A stretch of DNA of 64,000 nt, taken from NCBI GenBank assembly GCA_963815455.1, contig CAWFGO010000005.1, positions 242,225 to 306,224 of the forward strand, in the 5' to 3' direction. Each line of letters begins with the position of its first letter. Within the stretch, counting starts at the first letter, position 1. Below are positions 11,275 through 21,444 of the stretch, one piece after another. The notes under the pieces are model-generated. The model was not told the origin of the DNA. It saw only the letters and a program-made list of their open reading frames with translations, and did no database searches. The position numbers and the translations under genes were made by a program. The stretch comes from an uncultured Verrucomicrobiae bacterium (GTDB taxonomy: Bacteria > Verrucomicrobiota > Verrucomicrobiia > Chthoniobacterales > UBA10450).

Positions 11275-11883
11275 GGGTCTGTTATTGTCGATGGTGAAAC
11301 GGACATTTTGACACAACAAGCTGGCGATCAAAATAGGGCGGCATCACTTAATGAGCCTTGGTATCGGCACACGGTTCGATGGGGAGGACGGCAAATGGAG
11401 AGATCGGAATACGGGACGACCGTCTGGCAACAGGATGGAACAACCAATAAGGGAAAATCCTCTGTCTATACCAATTTCAGTAATCAGTTTGTAATCCCAA
11501 AAGACTATGTCGGCAAGACCTCGTTGGTCTATACGCATTTTCATCCAAACGATGATTTCAGTAGGGCTACTGGGTCTCATTTGTCGATCGGTGATGTCTC
11601 TGTTGCGATTGCGACGGGGAAGACCGTTCAAGTACGGACGGTGTCTGGCATAGAGGAAAGGTACAGACCATCCAATAAACGAACGTGGGAGCAACGATAT
11701 GACGAAGGGGGAATTTATGAACAGCGAGATGGCAAAGGTAAATGGTCTCAATTGCCGACCGGAAGGAATGACATACCTTACTATCGTGTTGAGAAGGCAG
11801 CTCACGCTCCCAGGCCCGCCCCGCTCGAGGCTACGCGTTCTGAACCCCGAACCCACATTTACTTTATTCAAATCATACACTAA
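10387..11883 (+). CDS. Orphan RHS module (3' core plus second JAB-like/DUF4329-like tip)
   Basis: Near-identical to the 3' part of the first RHS up to DPMGL, then a different tip with SEYG...HFHP...LSIGD; no convincing start. Confidence 0.85.
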   Translation: MNGCLTRTETNPTAAVLDKFEYDLDDQVTEARYNFDEQHSTQDRICNYDYDATGNRSTVTDNGTPTNYAVNELNQYTAAGTGSMDYDGNGNLTHQGVWMYVYDAQNRLVSAISPSSRIDFVYDARNRCVSRTTSMGLIQGPVSLFYYDGWELIEERDGSNTLVAQYVHGAREDEMIAKIDSYGTVYYHTDAEGSVVALTDTNGNVIERYKYDIFGKPTILDPSLVPRPSSLFGNRFLFTGREWLPDLDLYDYRNRAYSPEFGRFLQSDPKSFDADPTNLYRYCGNEPLDRTDPMGLGSVIVDGETDILTQQAGDQNRAASLNEPWYRHTVRWGGRQMERSEYGTTVWQQDGTTNKGKSSVYTNFSNQFVIPKDYVGKTSLVYTHFHPNDDFSRATGSHLSIGDVSVAIATGKTVQVRTVSGIEERYRPSNKRTWEQRYDEGGIYEQRDGKGKWSQLPTGRNDIPYYRVEKAAHAPRPAPLEATRSEPRTHIYFIQIIH

Positions 11884-12007
11884 CCGAAAATGGTGAAGGT
11901 AATCGCAATGATCTGTCTGGCTTCAAGTAGATCGAGTGAATCGAAGTATCGTTCATGCGCTGAATGCCAACGACTGTGCTTTTTTGCGCGGACCGCGACC
12001 TAAGGTA

Positions 12008-12421
12008 ATGAACCGTGCGAAATATGTTCTTTTCGGGACGATAATTGTTATTTCGTTTCTTTTAGGTCTTGGTTTGGGTATCCACCTTGCCGCACCGGGG
12101 GAAGCGTCCATCCCTTCGGAAGAGTTTACCCAGTATTGCTTGCTCACATGGGGCAGTAAATCGAACGACTTCTGCTTCGCTCTTATGCTCGAGTATAAGC
12201 GTGGGGATTTCCTACACAGTTGGACAAGCAAATGGGGAGCGAAGTGTGGCCTTGCTCAACTAAAAGAGGCATTAGCCGTCCTGCCCAGCGGCACACATGT
12301 ATTCTGGAACACTTGGCCGCCAAGAAAGTGCTATTACCCAGAGGAGCGCATCGTGAACGAAGTCCGCGAGTTCGCGAAAAATAAGGGTGTTTATCTAGAA
12401 CTTTTGCCTGCTTTGCGGTAG
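12008..12421 (+). CDS. Candidate immunity protein 2 (N-terminal TM/signal)
   Basis: Follows second RHS tip; MNRAKYVLFGTIIVISFLLGLGLGIHLAA. Confidence 0.6.
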   Translation: MNRAKYVLFGTIIVISFLLGLGLGIHLAAPGEASIPSEEFTQYCLLTWGSKSNDFCFALMLEYKRGDFLHSWTSKWGAKCGLAQLKEALAVLPSGTHVFWNTWPPRKCYYPEERIVNEVREFAKNKGVYLELLPALR

Positions 12422-12457
12422 TAGGGTTGCCCTAAATTGACGGACAGTGGCCTAAGG
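12422..12457 (+). mobile_element. Orphan IS3 left inverted repeat remnant
   Basis: TAGGGTTGCCCTAAATTGACGGACAGTGGCCTAAGG matches the IS left end 8996-9031 at 31/36 positions; no transposase follows. Confidence 0.85.
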
Positions 12458-12504
12458 CGCTGTTCGTTTGCTCCTTGGCTCCGAGCAAATAGAGTGGTTC
12501 CCTC

Positions 12505-15500
12505 GTGGGAAAGCATGGTTATTTAGGGGCGCGGACGCCTCGACGACGGTTTTGGCGTCGCGCGGGGATCGGCCTTGCTGTGTTCCTCGCGATTCTGGTC
12601 GTCTTTCATCAACCGATCCTCTCATTCGTAGTCCGTCAGGTGGTGCGTCATTACGCTGCCAAGGAAAATCTCCAGGTGGATTTTTGGATGGAAGGCACTG
12701 TCATCACCAATCTAAGCGTCCGTAATCTGCATGTTGTTCCGGCCGGGCCGACCGATGTCGAGTCGATCGATGCCGATGTTGTCCGGGCCGATTACAGCCT
12801 TTTTGGATTATTGCGACACGGTCTCTCCGGGTTCTTGAAAAATGTCGAGGTGCGTTCGGCCCGGATCGCTTTGAATCCGGCCAAGACGCCGCCCAAGCCG
12901 GCGACAAAGAAGCCGTCGAAGAAAAGTAATTTGCCCACAAGATTATTTCCGGATCGCCTGAAACTGTCCGACATCAGTCTCGTAGTGCGGGACAAACCGC
13001 ACGATTTCTTTCTGCAGAATGTCGATATTGATCTCGATCAGCGCCTTCCGGGAAAATTGCACATCGGCCGAATGCAGCTGACAAACGGACAAAACTGGTC
13101 GGACATTTCCGGGGCCACGTCGTATGCGAAAAAGAATCTGGTCATCCGCGATGTCCGGTTGAACGATCAGGACCGGATCGACTTGTTGAACGTCGATGCC
13201 TCCGATCTCGCCAATAATAAACTGGAGCTGAAAGTCGAATCGAAGATTGGCGGTGGCAGCGTGTCCGGCTCGATGCAATGGGCCAAACAAAGATCGACGG
13301 TGTCGCGCAAGATCAAATTGCACGCGGAAAATATCTCCGCCGAAGCGCTGAACAAATACGTAAATACGCCGGAGAATTTTCTCGGCGGAAAAATTGAGAA
13401 GGTCGATGTCGATCTTGGCGGCATCTTGAAGTCACCGAGTAGTTTGAACGGCACCATTGACGCGCGACCTGCGGGATTTTCATATCGGCGCAATTGGATT
13501 CAACAGTTGGACGTTCAATGCCTGGGTAAAGGATGGCCAGGCTGCATTGGAATCGGCCGATCTGGTCCAAAACGAAAATCACATTTATCTGCGCGGGTCG
13601 GCCCGGCTGCCCGATCGCATCGAGGATCTCGCGCAAAGCACAGCTACTCTGGAAATTGCCGCGGCGGCGGTTGATCTCGGGAAATTGACTGCTGGAATGC
13701 CCGAACCGGTCACGGGCTCGGCCCAACTCAACGGCAAGATCGACATCGACAAGGGAAAACTGCAGGCAAATTTGCTGGCCTCCGCCGGCTCAATTGGATT
13801 CAAGGATGGCACGATCAACAAGGCGCTCGCCAATATTACGGCATCGAAGACGTTGGATCAGCAGAGTCTTGAAAAACCGTGGTTCGCCGATCTGCAAACC
13901 AAGACGAATCTCGAGGTATCAACTATCCGTTATCGTGCTTACGCCGTCGATTCACTGAAAGGGTCGCTCGAAAGCGCTGACGACATTTTGACGGCGGAGA
14001 GACTGAATCTAACGCGTGGGCAGAACGAGTTGAATGCCCGGGGCCATTGTCGTTTGCCGAAGGATCTTGGCAATTTCGCGGCTACATCGGCGAACACGGA
14101 AATCGTATTTCATGGAAAGGAAGTCGGCGATTTTTGGGCCACCGACGCTGACGACAGAATCGCGGGGCAATTGGAAGCGTCCGCGCAGCTTCAATGGAAA
14201 AACCGAAGCGTGAGCGGCGCGATGTCGGCCTCGAGCGCGAATTTGGAAATGCAGGATCTCGTTTACAAACAGTTGAGCGTCCAATGCACGATCGCGAACA
14301 ACGTCGTTTATTTGAACGACTTCACCGCGCGATTAAAGGAAACCGGTTTTGTCGATGCCAATGGAGTTGTCGATCTTCATCCGCCTTTCCATTACAGCGG
14401 GAAACTTGCGGCCAACGTCCCAAATTTGTCGGTGCTTGAACCATTGCTCCGCGCTTCGGGCAACCGGAACCAACTGGCCGGTTCCGTGGCGATCAACTGG
14501 CAGGGCGACGGCGACCCGCGCACGTTCAAGAATGCCGGGAAACTAAAACTCGTTTTGGAGCACGGCCGCTACGGCGGTCTCCAGTCGATTCGGGCTAACA
14601 TCGACGCGACCTATTCGCGGGAGGGACTGGATGTCCCGGTGTTTTTTGTGGCTACCGACAAAATGAATTTTGAAACGATCGTCGAGTCGAATGAAGAGAC
14701 GCTCGAAATTACCAAAGTCGCGCTTAACCAGGGCGAGGCGAAGTACGCCAGCGGATACATTTCGATACCGTTTGTCTGGAAGAACATCTGGAAGGATGCG
14801 CCGGTCGTCCCGTCCGACGGCAAGGTAATTGCGAGTTTTCAATCCGAGAACATCGACATCGAAAAGCTGTTCAAGGATTTTGGCGCGAAGCCGCTCGCCT
14901 CGGGCGCTTTCAACATCAAACTCGACGCGGGCGGAACGATTGCGGACCTGAACGCGCGGCTGGACCTGCAAATTCGCAATTTGCGGAGCGCGCGGCTGCC
15001 GAATTTGCAACCGGCGACATTCGATCTCGGCGCGCGGGTCGAGCACGATCGGTTGAGTATCGTGGGAAAACTCCAGCAGAGCCGGATTCAACCACTGGAG
15101 CTGAATGCGGAAATGCCTTTCGATATTCCGCGGATCGTCAGGGAACGGAAATTGCCTGAGGACACTCCGGTCACGGGCAAGCTTCATTTCCCGCGCAGTC
15201 CGGTGAATGATTTTCGCCAACTTATTCCCGAAATCGAAGTATTGAACGGCGATCTGGCGTTGGATGTCGATGTGGGCGGAAAAATTGGGCAACCGATCTT
15301 GAACGGCACGGCCGACGCGACGGTAAACCTGGCCCGTTTCAGCAACGCGACGGTTCCGGCATTGCGCGATTTTAAAGCGCGGCTGGTTTTCGCCGAGGAC
15401 AAGCTCACCCTGGAACGTTTTGGGGGCGAGCTGGCCGGGGGACGATTTACGGTGGACGGCGCGGTCACTTTTCCGACGTTGACTTCCGCGAATCTCGATC

Positions 15501-16393
15501 TGCATCTGAAAGCCGACAGTGTGCTGGTGGCGCGCAACGATACCATGACCGGGCGGACCGACGCAGATATTAAAATTGTCGGCCCGCTGACGAGCGCGAA
15601 TGTGACGGGTAACCTGGCGATTACCAATAGCCGTTTTCTAAAGAACATCGATTTGGTCCCGATCGGTTTGCCGGGGAGACCGGCGCCGCAGCCGCCCGCG
15701 TCGCAACCGGATTTCTCGATTCCGGAGCCGCCGTTTCGCGATTGGAAATTCGACGTGGCCATCAAGACGAAGGATCCGGTGTTGCTTCGCGGAAACCTGG
15801 CCACCGGAAACGCTACGTGCGATTTGCAATTGACGGGAACAGGTTTGCAGCCCGGCCTGAGCGGCGTGGTGCGCTTGAAGAACGTAGATGCGACGCTGCC
15901 TTTCAGCCGGCTTTCCATCGCCAGCGGCTTCCTCTATTTCGATCCGAGCGATTCGCTTAATCCCAAGATCGACATGAGCGGTACGTCGGTGATCCAGGAT
16001 TACACGGTTCGGGTCTATGTTTACGGCACGGTGCTGTCGCCCCAGGCGATCTTCACCAGCGAGCCGCCGTTGCCGCAGGAAGAAATTATTTCTTTGCTTG
16101 CCACCGGCACAACCCGGGGACAACTGACAGGCGATAACAACGTGCTGGCGGGACGCGCCGCGATGCTGCTGGTGCAACAGGCCTACCGGAAAATCTTCAA
16201 GAAAGGCGAGCAAACCGAGAACAATAATGTTTTCGACCGGCTCGATCTCGATGTTGGACAAATCGATCCGCGAACCGGCCAGCGGCAGGCCACAGCGCGA
16301 TATAGAATCAACAAACAATTCATGGTCGTTGGAGATGTGGAAGTCGGTGGCGACTTTCGGGTGAAGTTGAGGTATCTGATTCGCTTTCGCTGA
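12505..16393 (+). CDS. tamB: Translocation and assembly module TamB (AsmA-like), frameshift near 13465
   Basis: N-terminal TM anchor, long beta-rich body, C-terminal TamB-type TSEPPLPQEEIISLLATG; upstream of an Omp85 gene. Confidence 0.8.
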
Positions 16394-16394
16394 T

Positions 16395-18569
16395 ATGGGG
16401 GGCAAAATCGTTTTCTTTCTTTGCAGTTTTGCGTTCGCGAGTTCGCTCGCGGCGCAGACCGCGGTGGACGTACCGCGGCCCGAAGAAAAAGCAGAGGCCG
16501 AACACGTCGTCAAAAAAGAGCAGGAAAAGCGGGCCCAACACGCGACCACGATTGAATTCCGCGGTCAGCAAGCTTTTACCGAAAAACAACTGCGTTCGCA
16601 GTTGAAAGAGCAAATCTCGGAGCTGGATCAATATGGATTAGGGGCGGCACAAGCCGATGATCTGGCGTTTTTCCTGGAATTATTCTATCGCAAGCACGGC
16701 TACGCCAAGGTGGACGTGCATTACGCAATCGAATCTGGCGGCCGCTTGCGTCTCGAGATCAAGGAAGGTCCGCTCACGACTTTGGGCACGGTGACATTTG
16801 AAGGCAACGTCAAGGAACCGGCGGACAAGCTCTTCGATTTCGTAGTCGGGCCGACCCGGGAACGTTATTCCAGATTGCAGCGCCGCGTTCCGTTTGTTGC
16901 GTCGGATATTCGGGAGGGCGCGGACCTGGTGCATCGTTTTTACGTTGCGGAAGGTTTTTTGGACGCCGTTGTCGATCCTCCGCGTTATACCTACCACGAT
17001 GAGCGCAACGAGGTGGACGCGACCATTCCGATCCACGAGGGCCGGCAATATTTTTTTGGGAACGTCCGGTTCACCGGTCAAAACGTTTACGATGCGGAAA
17101 CGTTGCGGGGCCAGATTGTCGATCTCTTGAAGCGGCCCTACACCGATGCGCGGGTGGACGACATTCGCCGCCGGCTTCAGGCCTACTTTAAAGCGCGCGG
17201 TTATTATGACGTCAAAGTTGCGGCAACCGGCATGCCGCAAGAGGCAAAACAAGGAAGTGTGCCGGTGCAGATCACGGTTGCTCCGGGGCCGGTGTATCGA
17301 TTTGGCGACGTCACTGTGAGCGGGCTCATCCGTTTGCGCTCCAGCTTCGTCACAAAGCGCTTTAGCAGCCTGAATGGCAAGACATATAGCCCGGACGTTC
17401 TGGACGAGAAATTTCGTGTGCTCATGAAAACGGGTCTGTTCAGCCTGCTGCAGATCAAGCCGGAACCGGTGGATGGCAATGTGCTGCGGCTGGATATCTC
17501 GGCTGAGGAAGCCAAGAGCAAACAGATTGGGTTTTCGCTCGGCTACGGCACCTACCCGGGAGCGATCGTCGGCGCCCAATATCGGGATGGAAATGCTTTC
17601 GGTTACGGCCGGCCGGTGACGACATCCGTCGAGTGGTCGCAACGCGGTTACAAAGGCGAGGTCGTTTACGAAGATCCGTTTTTGTTCGATACCGATTTTG
17701 CCTTGAAAGTGCGGCTGGCGGCTTTGACGTTTGATTTCGACGGTTATTCCAAGTTCGAAATTGGCGGGCAGTTCGAGGTCACTCGAAAGATTACGAAACA
17801 AGATGAAGCCGGCATAGTTTTTGCCATTCGGCACGTCGATGTAACCAGTGCCGCGATCAAGCAGAATCTGCTCGGGCAAACCTCGTATTTTGTAAACACA
17901 CTCGGGTTTACCAATACTCTTGATCTGCGGGACAGTCCGCTGGTTACGCCACGCGGGCTGCTCATTAATAATACGCTCGATCTGGCCCTGGATGCGTTTG
18001 GCAGCGAGATCGAGTTCGTTCGCAGCACCGCGCGCGTTGGTTATTACATTCCATTCGCACCGAAGTCCCTTGGACCGGAAGTGAACCCTACCCAGGCTGG
18101 CGGCTCTCCCTTGCAACGCTGGGTCCGGCAATCGTCTCTCGCATTTGGCGCGCGAGCCGGCGTGATCCATTCGCTAACCACCAGCGGTTCCGGCGAAGCG
18201 ACCGAGATCCCGATCGACGAACGGTTCTTTAACGGCGGCGCCAGCTCCGTGCGAAGTTTCGGTGAGCGCGATCTCGGCCCTCACGATCGCAAAGGCAATC
18301 CCATCGGCGGAGAATTTTTTACCGTTTTCAACGTCGAATACACTTTCCCGATCTTTGGGGAATTGCAGGGGGCGGCGTTCGGCGACGCGGGAAATCTTCT
18401 CCCAAGCTCGGAACACCCGAGCATCGACGACCTTCGCTACGGGGTGGGGGTCGGTTTGCGCTACAAGTTACCCATCGGTCCGATCCGGCTCGATTACGGA
18501 TTTAATCCCGATCGCCGGCCGAACGAAGATTTCGGCGCCTTTCATTTCAGCTTTGGCTTTGCTTTCTAA
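16395..18569 (+). CDS. Omp85 family TamA/BamA-type outer membrane protein
   Basis: Signal peptide, POTRA-like repeats, GGASSVRSF, GPIRLDYG, C-terminal FGFAF. Confidence 0.88.
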   Translation: MGGKIVFFLCSFAFASSLAAQTAVDVPRPEEKAEAEHVVKKEQEKRAQHATTIEFRGQQAFTEKQLRSQLKEQISELDQYGLGAAQADDLAFFLELFYRKHGYAKVDVHYAIESGGRLRLEIKEGPLTTLGTVTFEGNVKEPADKLFDFVVGPTRERYSRLQRRVPFVASDIREGADLVHRFYVAEGFLDAVVDPPRYTYHDERNEVDATIPIHEGRQYFFGNVRFTGQNVYDAETLRGQIVDLLKRPYTDARVDDIRRRLQAYFKARGYYDVKVAATGMPQEAKQGSVPVQITVAPGPVYRFGDVTVSGLIRLRSSFVTKRFSSLNGKTYSPDVLDEKFRVLMKTGLFSLLQIKPEPVDGNVLRLDISAEEAKSKQIGFSLGYGTYPGAIVGAQYRDGNAFGYGRPVTTSVEWSQRGYKGEVVYEDPFLFDTDFALKVRLAALTFDFDGYSKFEIGGQFEVTRKITKQDEAGIVFAIRHVDVTSAAIKQNLLGQTSYFVNTLGFTNTLDLRDSPLVTPRGLLINNTLDLALDAFGSEIEFVRSTARVGYYIPFAPKSLGPEVNPTQAGGSPLQRWVRQSSLAFGARAGVIHSLTTSGSGEATEIPIDERFFNGGASSVRSFGERDLGPHDRKGNPIGGEFFTVFNVEYTFPIFGELQGAAFGDAGNLLPSSEHPSIDDLRYGVGVGLRYKLPIGPIRLDYGFNPDRRPNEDFGAFHFSFGFAF

Positions 18570-18572
18570 TAT

Positions 18573-18652
18573 CAGGTAGGGATGCACCTCCGGGGCGTCC
18601 GTCGAATTGTTTCGAGAAAAAGTCGGACGGCTCGGAGAGCCATCCCTACCTG
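18573..18652. repeat. GTAG-type REP doublet
   Basis: CAGGTAGGGATG ... CATCCCTACCTG terminal inverted repeat, each arm with an internal hairpin. Confidence 0.8.
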
Positions 18653-18716
18653 AGAGATGTGACGATTGAGCCGTTGCACCTGGCTGCTACTTCGCGGTAA
18701 CGTCCAGCCTTTACGA

Positions 18717-20165
18717 ATGAAAGATGGACAATTGCTCGGTGACACTCCGCCGGAAGAATTCCGGAAGCAGTTGCATGAACTGGCCGATTGGATCGCCGAT
18801 TACCGGGAGAAGATAGAAACATTGCGGGTCGCGCCGAATGAGAAGCCGGGCGCGATTGTGGCCAAACTTCCGGAGCGAGCTCCCGAAGAAGGCGAATCGT
18901 TCGAGGAAATCATGGCCGATGTCGATCGTCTCGTCGTTCCCGGAATGGTGCATTGGGGGCATCCGATGTTTCTGGGTTATTTCGGTTGGACAACAACCGG
19001 GCCCGGAATTCTGGGCGAGATCCTGAGTGCGCCCTTGAACGTAAACGCGATGACCTGGCGCACATCGCCCGTCGCGACCGAACTCGAAACGGTTGTGATC
19101 GATTGGATTCGCCAATGGGTCGGGCTGCCGAACGAATTCGATGGCGTCGTCTATGACACGGCTTCAGTTGGAATCATGCACGCCTTGGCCGCCGCACGCG
19201 AACAGGCGGCGCCGTCGATCCGTGAGCTGGGTCTGGCTGGTCGCAACGACCTCCCCTGTTTTCGCATTTTCACTTCCGATCAAGCGCACAATGCGGCCGA
19301 AAAGGCAGCGATCGCTCTCGGTATCGGCGAGAAAAATGTACGGCGCGTTCCCAGCGACAGTGAATTTCGAATGCAGATGAAGGCGCTGCGCGAGATGATC
19401 GCGGAAGATCGACGATCAGGTTTCAAGCCGATGGCGATCGTCGCCACGGCCGGGACAACTTCGACCGCGAGCGTCGATCCGATCGCTGAATTGGCGCGCC
19501 TTTGCCGTGACGAAAAAATGTGGCTGCACATTGATGGAGCCTACGGTGGCGGCTTTGCCATTCTGCCGGAATTCAAATGGATCACTGAAGGTTGGAGCGA
19601 GGCGGATTCGGTCATCATCAATCCGCACAAGTCGCTCTTCGTCCCGCTCGACTTCAGCGTCCTCTACGTGCGCGGTCTTGAACGCCTGCGCCGCGTGTTC
19701 ACACTCACGCCTCCGGATGTGTTACGGGCCGATACGGTGGATACGGTCAAGAACTACATGGATTACGGCATCCAACTCGGCCGGCGATTTCGCGCGCTCA
19801 AGGCCTGGGTGATATTTCGCAGCTTTGGCCGTGAAGGAATCGCCTCGCGCCTGCGCGAATCCGTGCGACTGGCGAATCTGTTTTCCGATTGGGTGAGAAT
19901 CGACAGCCGGTTCGAGCTTTCCGCGCCGATAAACATGGGCGTGGTCTGTTTTCGGTTTGTCGTTGAGGGGACAGACGAAAATAGGATCGACAAGTTGAAC
20001 AGCGAGATCGTGGAGCGAATTAACGCCTCAGGTCGCGCTTATCTTACCCAAACGAAATTGCTCGGACGCACGGTCATGCGGATCGGTCTGGGCAACGTGC
20101 TCACGACCGAGGAACATCTCGGTAAAGCCTGGGAGATGATCCGGGCAACTGCGGAAACTCTGTAG
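18717..20165 (+). CDS. Group II PLP-dependent (aromatic L-amino acid) decarboxylase
   Basis: HWGHPMFLGYF, ELET, SDQAH, GTT, HIDGAYGG, NPHK (PLP lysine), GRRFRALK. Confidence 0.88.
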   Translation: MKDGQLLGDTPPEEFRKQLHELADWIADYREKIETLRVAPNEKPGAIVAKLPERAPEEGESFEEIMADVDRLVVPGMVHWGHPMFLGYFGWTTTGPGILGEILSAPLNVNAMTWRTSPVATELETVVIDWIRQWVGLPNEFDGVVYDTASVGIMHALAAAREQAAPSIRELGLAGRNDLPCFRIFTSDQAHNAAEKAAIALGIGEKNVRRVPSDSEFRMQMKALREMIAEDRRSGFKPMAIVATAGTTSTASVDPIAELARLCRDEKMWLHIDGAYGGGFAILPEFKWITEGWSEADSVIINPHKSLFVPLDFSVLYVRGLERLRRVFTLTPPDVLRADTVDTVKNYMDYGIQLGRRFRALKAWVIFRSFGREGIASRLRESVRLANLFSDWVRIDSRFELSAPINMGVVCFRFVVEGTDENRIDKLNSEIVERINASGRAYLTQTKLLGRTVMRIGLGNVLTTEEHLGKAWEMIRATAETL

Positions 20166-20186
20166 ATGAAGCGATGATTCGGTTGG

Positions 20187-21314
20187 TTACTGACGAGGCC
20201 ATCTCCTGATAACGCCCGACTTGGTGGTGGCGAATGGATTGTGGGCGACCACGACGTGCGAGTTAGTGCTCGCGTAGGCGAAGAAATTTCCATCGGGTGA
20301 ATAAACGATGCTGGTGACGTAAGAGGAAGTCGGCCCATTTACATTGTAAGACTGGAGCAGTGTGCCGCCCAAGGACTGCCAGAACCTAAGCAGGCCGTTA
20401 CTTTGAAACCGGTCTTCCGACCCGGCGGCGATGACTTGCTGATCGGGCGAGAAGGCGATCGAGACCGGCTCATTGTTCTGGGCATCGATGGTTTGAAGTA
20501 AAGCGCCATCGGCGATCCGCCAGGTCTTGACCGCGCAATCGGCGCATTGTCCCTGCTGGTCGATCAAGTTTGTGCCGTTGGCAATGAACTGGTTGTCGGA
20601 CGAGATCGACAGAGTTCGGGTTGATGCCGCGCCCGCCAGCTCCCGGACCAATTCGCCGTCAGCGACACGATAGAGGACGACACCACCCTGTCCGCCAACC
20701 GCCAGCAGTTCACCATCGAGGGTAAAGGCGACCGCGAAAACGCGCGGGCGATACCCGACACCGCCGTCCAATGTGCGAATCAAGGTCATGTCGGGCAAAT
20801 GCCAGATTTTGGCCGTGCCATCGCGGCCGCCAGTTGCGAGGAGTTGTCCATCTGGCGAAAACGCGACTGAAGTAGTCCCGTTGGAGTGGGCCGAAATACG
20901 ACCGACCAGGAGCGCGCCATCAGCGACCCGAAACAGATCGAGATTCTGATTGTAAGCCTGGATACCGATCGCGGCGTATTGCCCATCGGGCGACAAGGCG
21001 ACGGAGTTGGGTCCGCTTCCGTTGTATGGCAGCACAAAATTGCGGAGGATCGTGCCATCTGCCGCGGCGAACAATCGGGTGCCGGCGAGGAGCAATTGCC
21101 CATCGGCGGAATACGCCAGGGCGCTGCCACCGCTATCGGCTTGCCAAACAATATCGAGTTGGCTTTGCCCGCGGCTCGTCTGTGAGAAAGTCAGGCAGAG
21201 CAGGACGAATACGAGATGAAACGGTGCGATGCGCCGTTTGTTGTTTCCAGAGCATGAGAATCGAAACATAACGAAACCTCCTGATTGTTTAGGATTGAGA
21301 TCTATCGTCTTCAA
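20187..21314 (-). CDS. Exported WD40-repeat beta-propeller protein (start may be ~21269)
   Basis: Repeated SVAFSPDGQLLA(T/S)G...W motifs; signal-like N-terminus. Confidence 0.85.
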   Translation of the reverse strand: MKTIDLNPKQSGGFVMFRFSCSGNNKRRIAPFHLVFVLLCLTFSQTSRGQSQLDIVWQADSGGSALAYSADGQLLLAGTRLFAAADGTILRNFVLPYNGSGPNSVALSPDGQYAAIGIQAYNQNLDLFRVADGALLVGRISAHSNGTTSVAFSPDGQLLATGGRDGTAKIWHLPDMTLIRTLDGGVGYRPRVFAVAFTLDGELLAVGGQGGVVLYRVADGELVRELAGAASTRTLSISSDNQFIANGTNLIDQQGQCADCAVKTWRIADGALLQTIDAQNNEPVSIAFSPDQQVIAAGSEDRFQSNGLLRFWQSLGGTLLQSYNVNGPTSSYVTSIVYSPDGNFFAYASTNSHVVVAHNPFATTKSGVIRRWPRQ

Positions 21315-21444
21315 AGTATCGACTTTTCGGCACCGTTTGGCTGGGTCGAAAAAGTAACGTGCCTGTTACTTTCGCGGGTTGACTGTGCCACCGGCATTCG
21401 ACGTATTTGCGGCTGAGGACGGCTGCCTCTAGAGTTGCGGTCCT

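Noticed and set aside
16680..18170. Long antisense ORFs (e.g. 16680..18170, 14543..15505, 6370..7428)
   Set aside because: Shadow ORFs expected from high-GC codon bias opposite well-supported genes.
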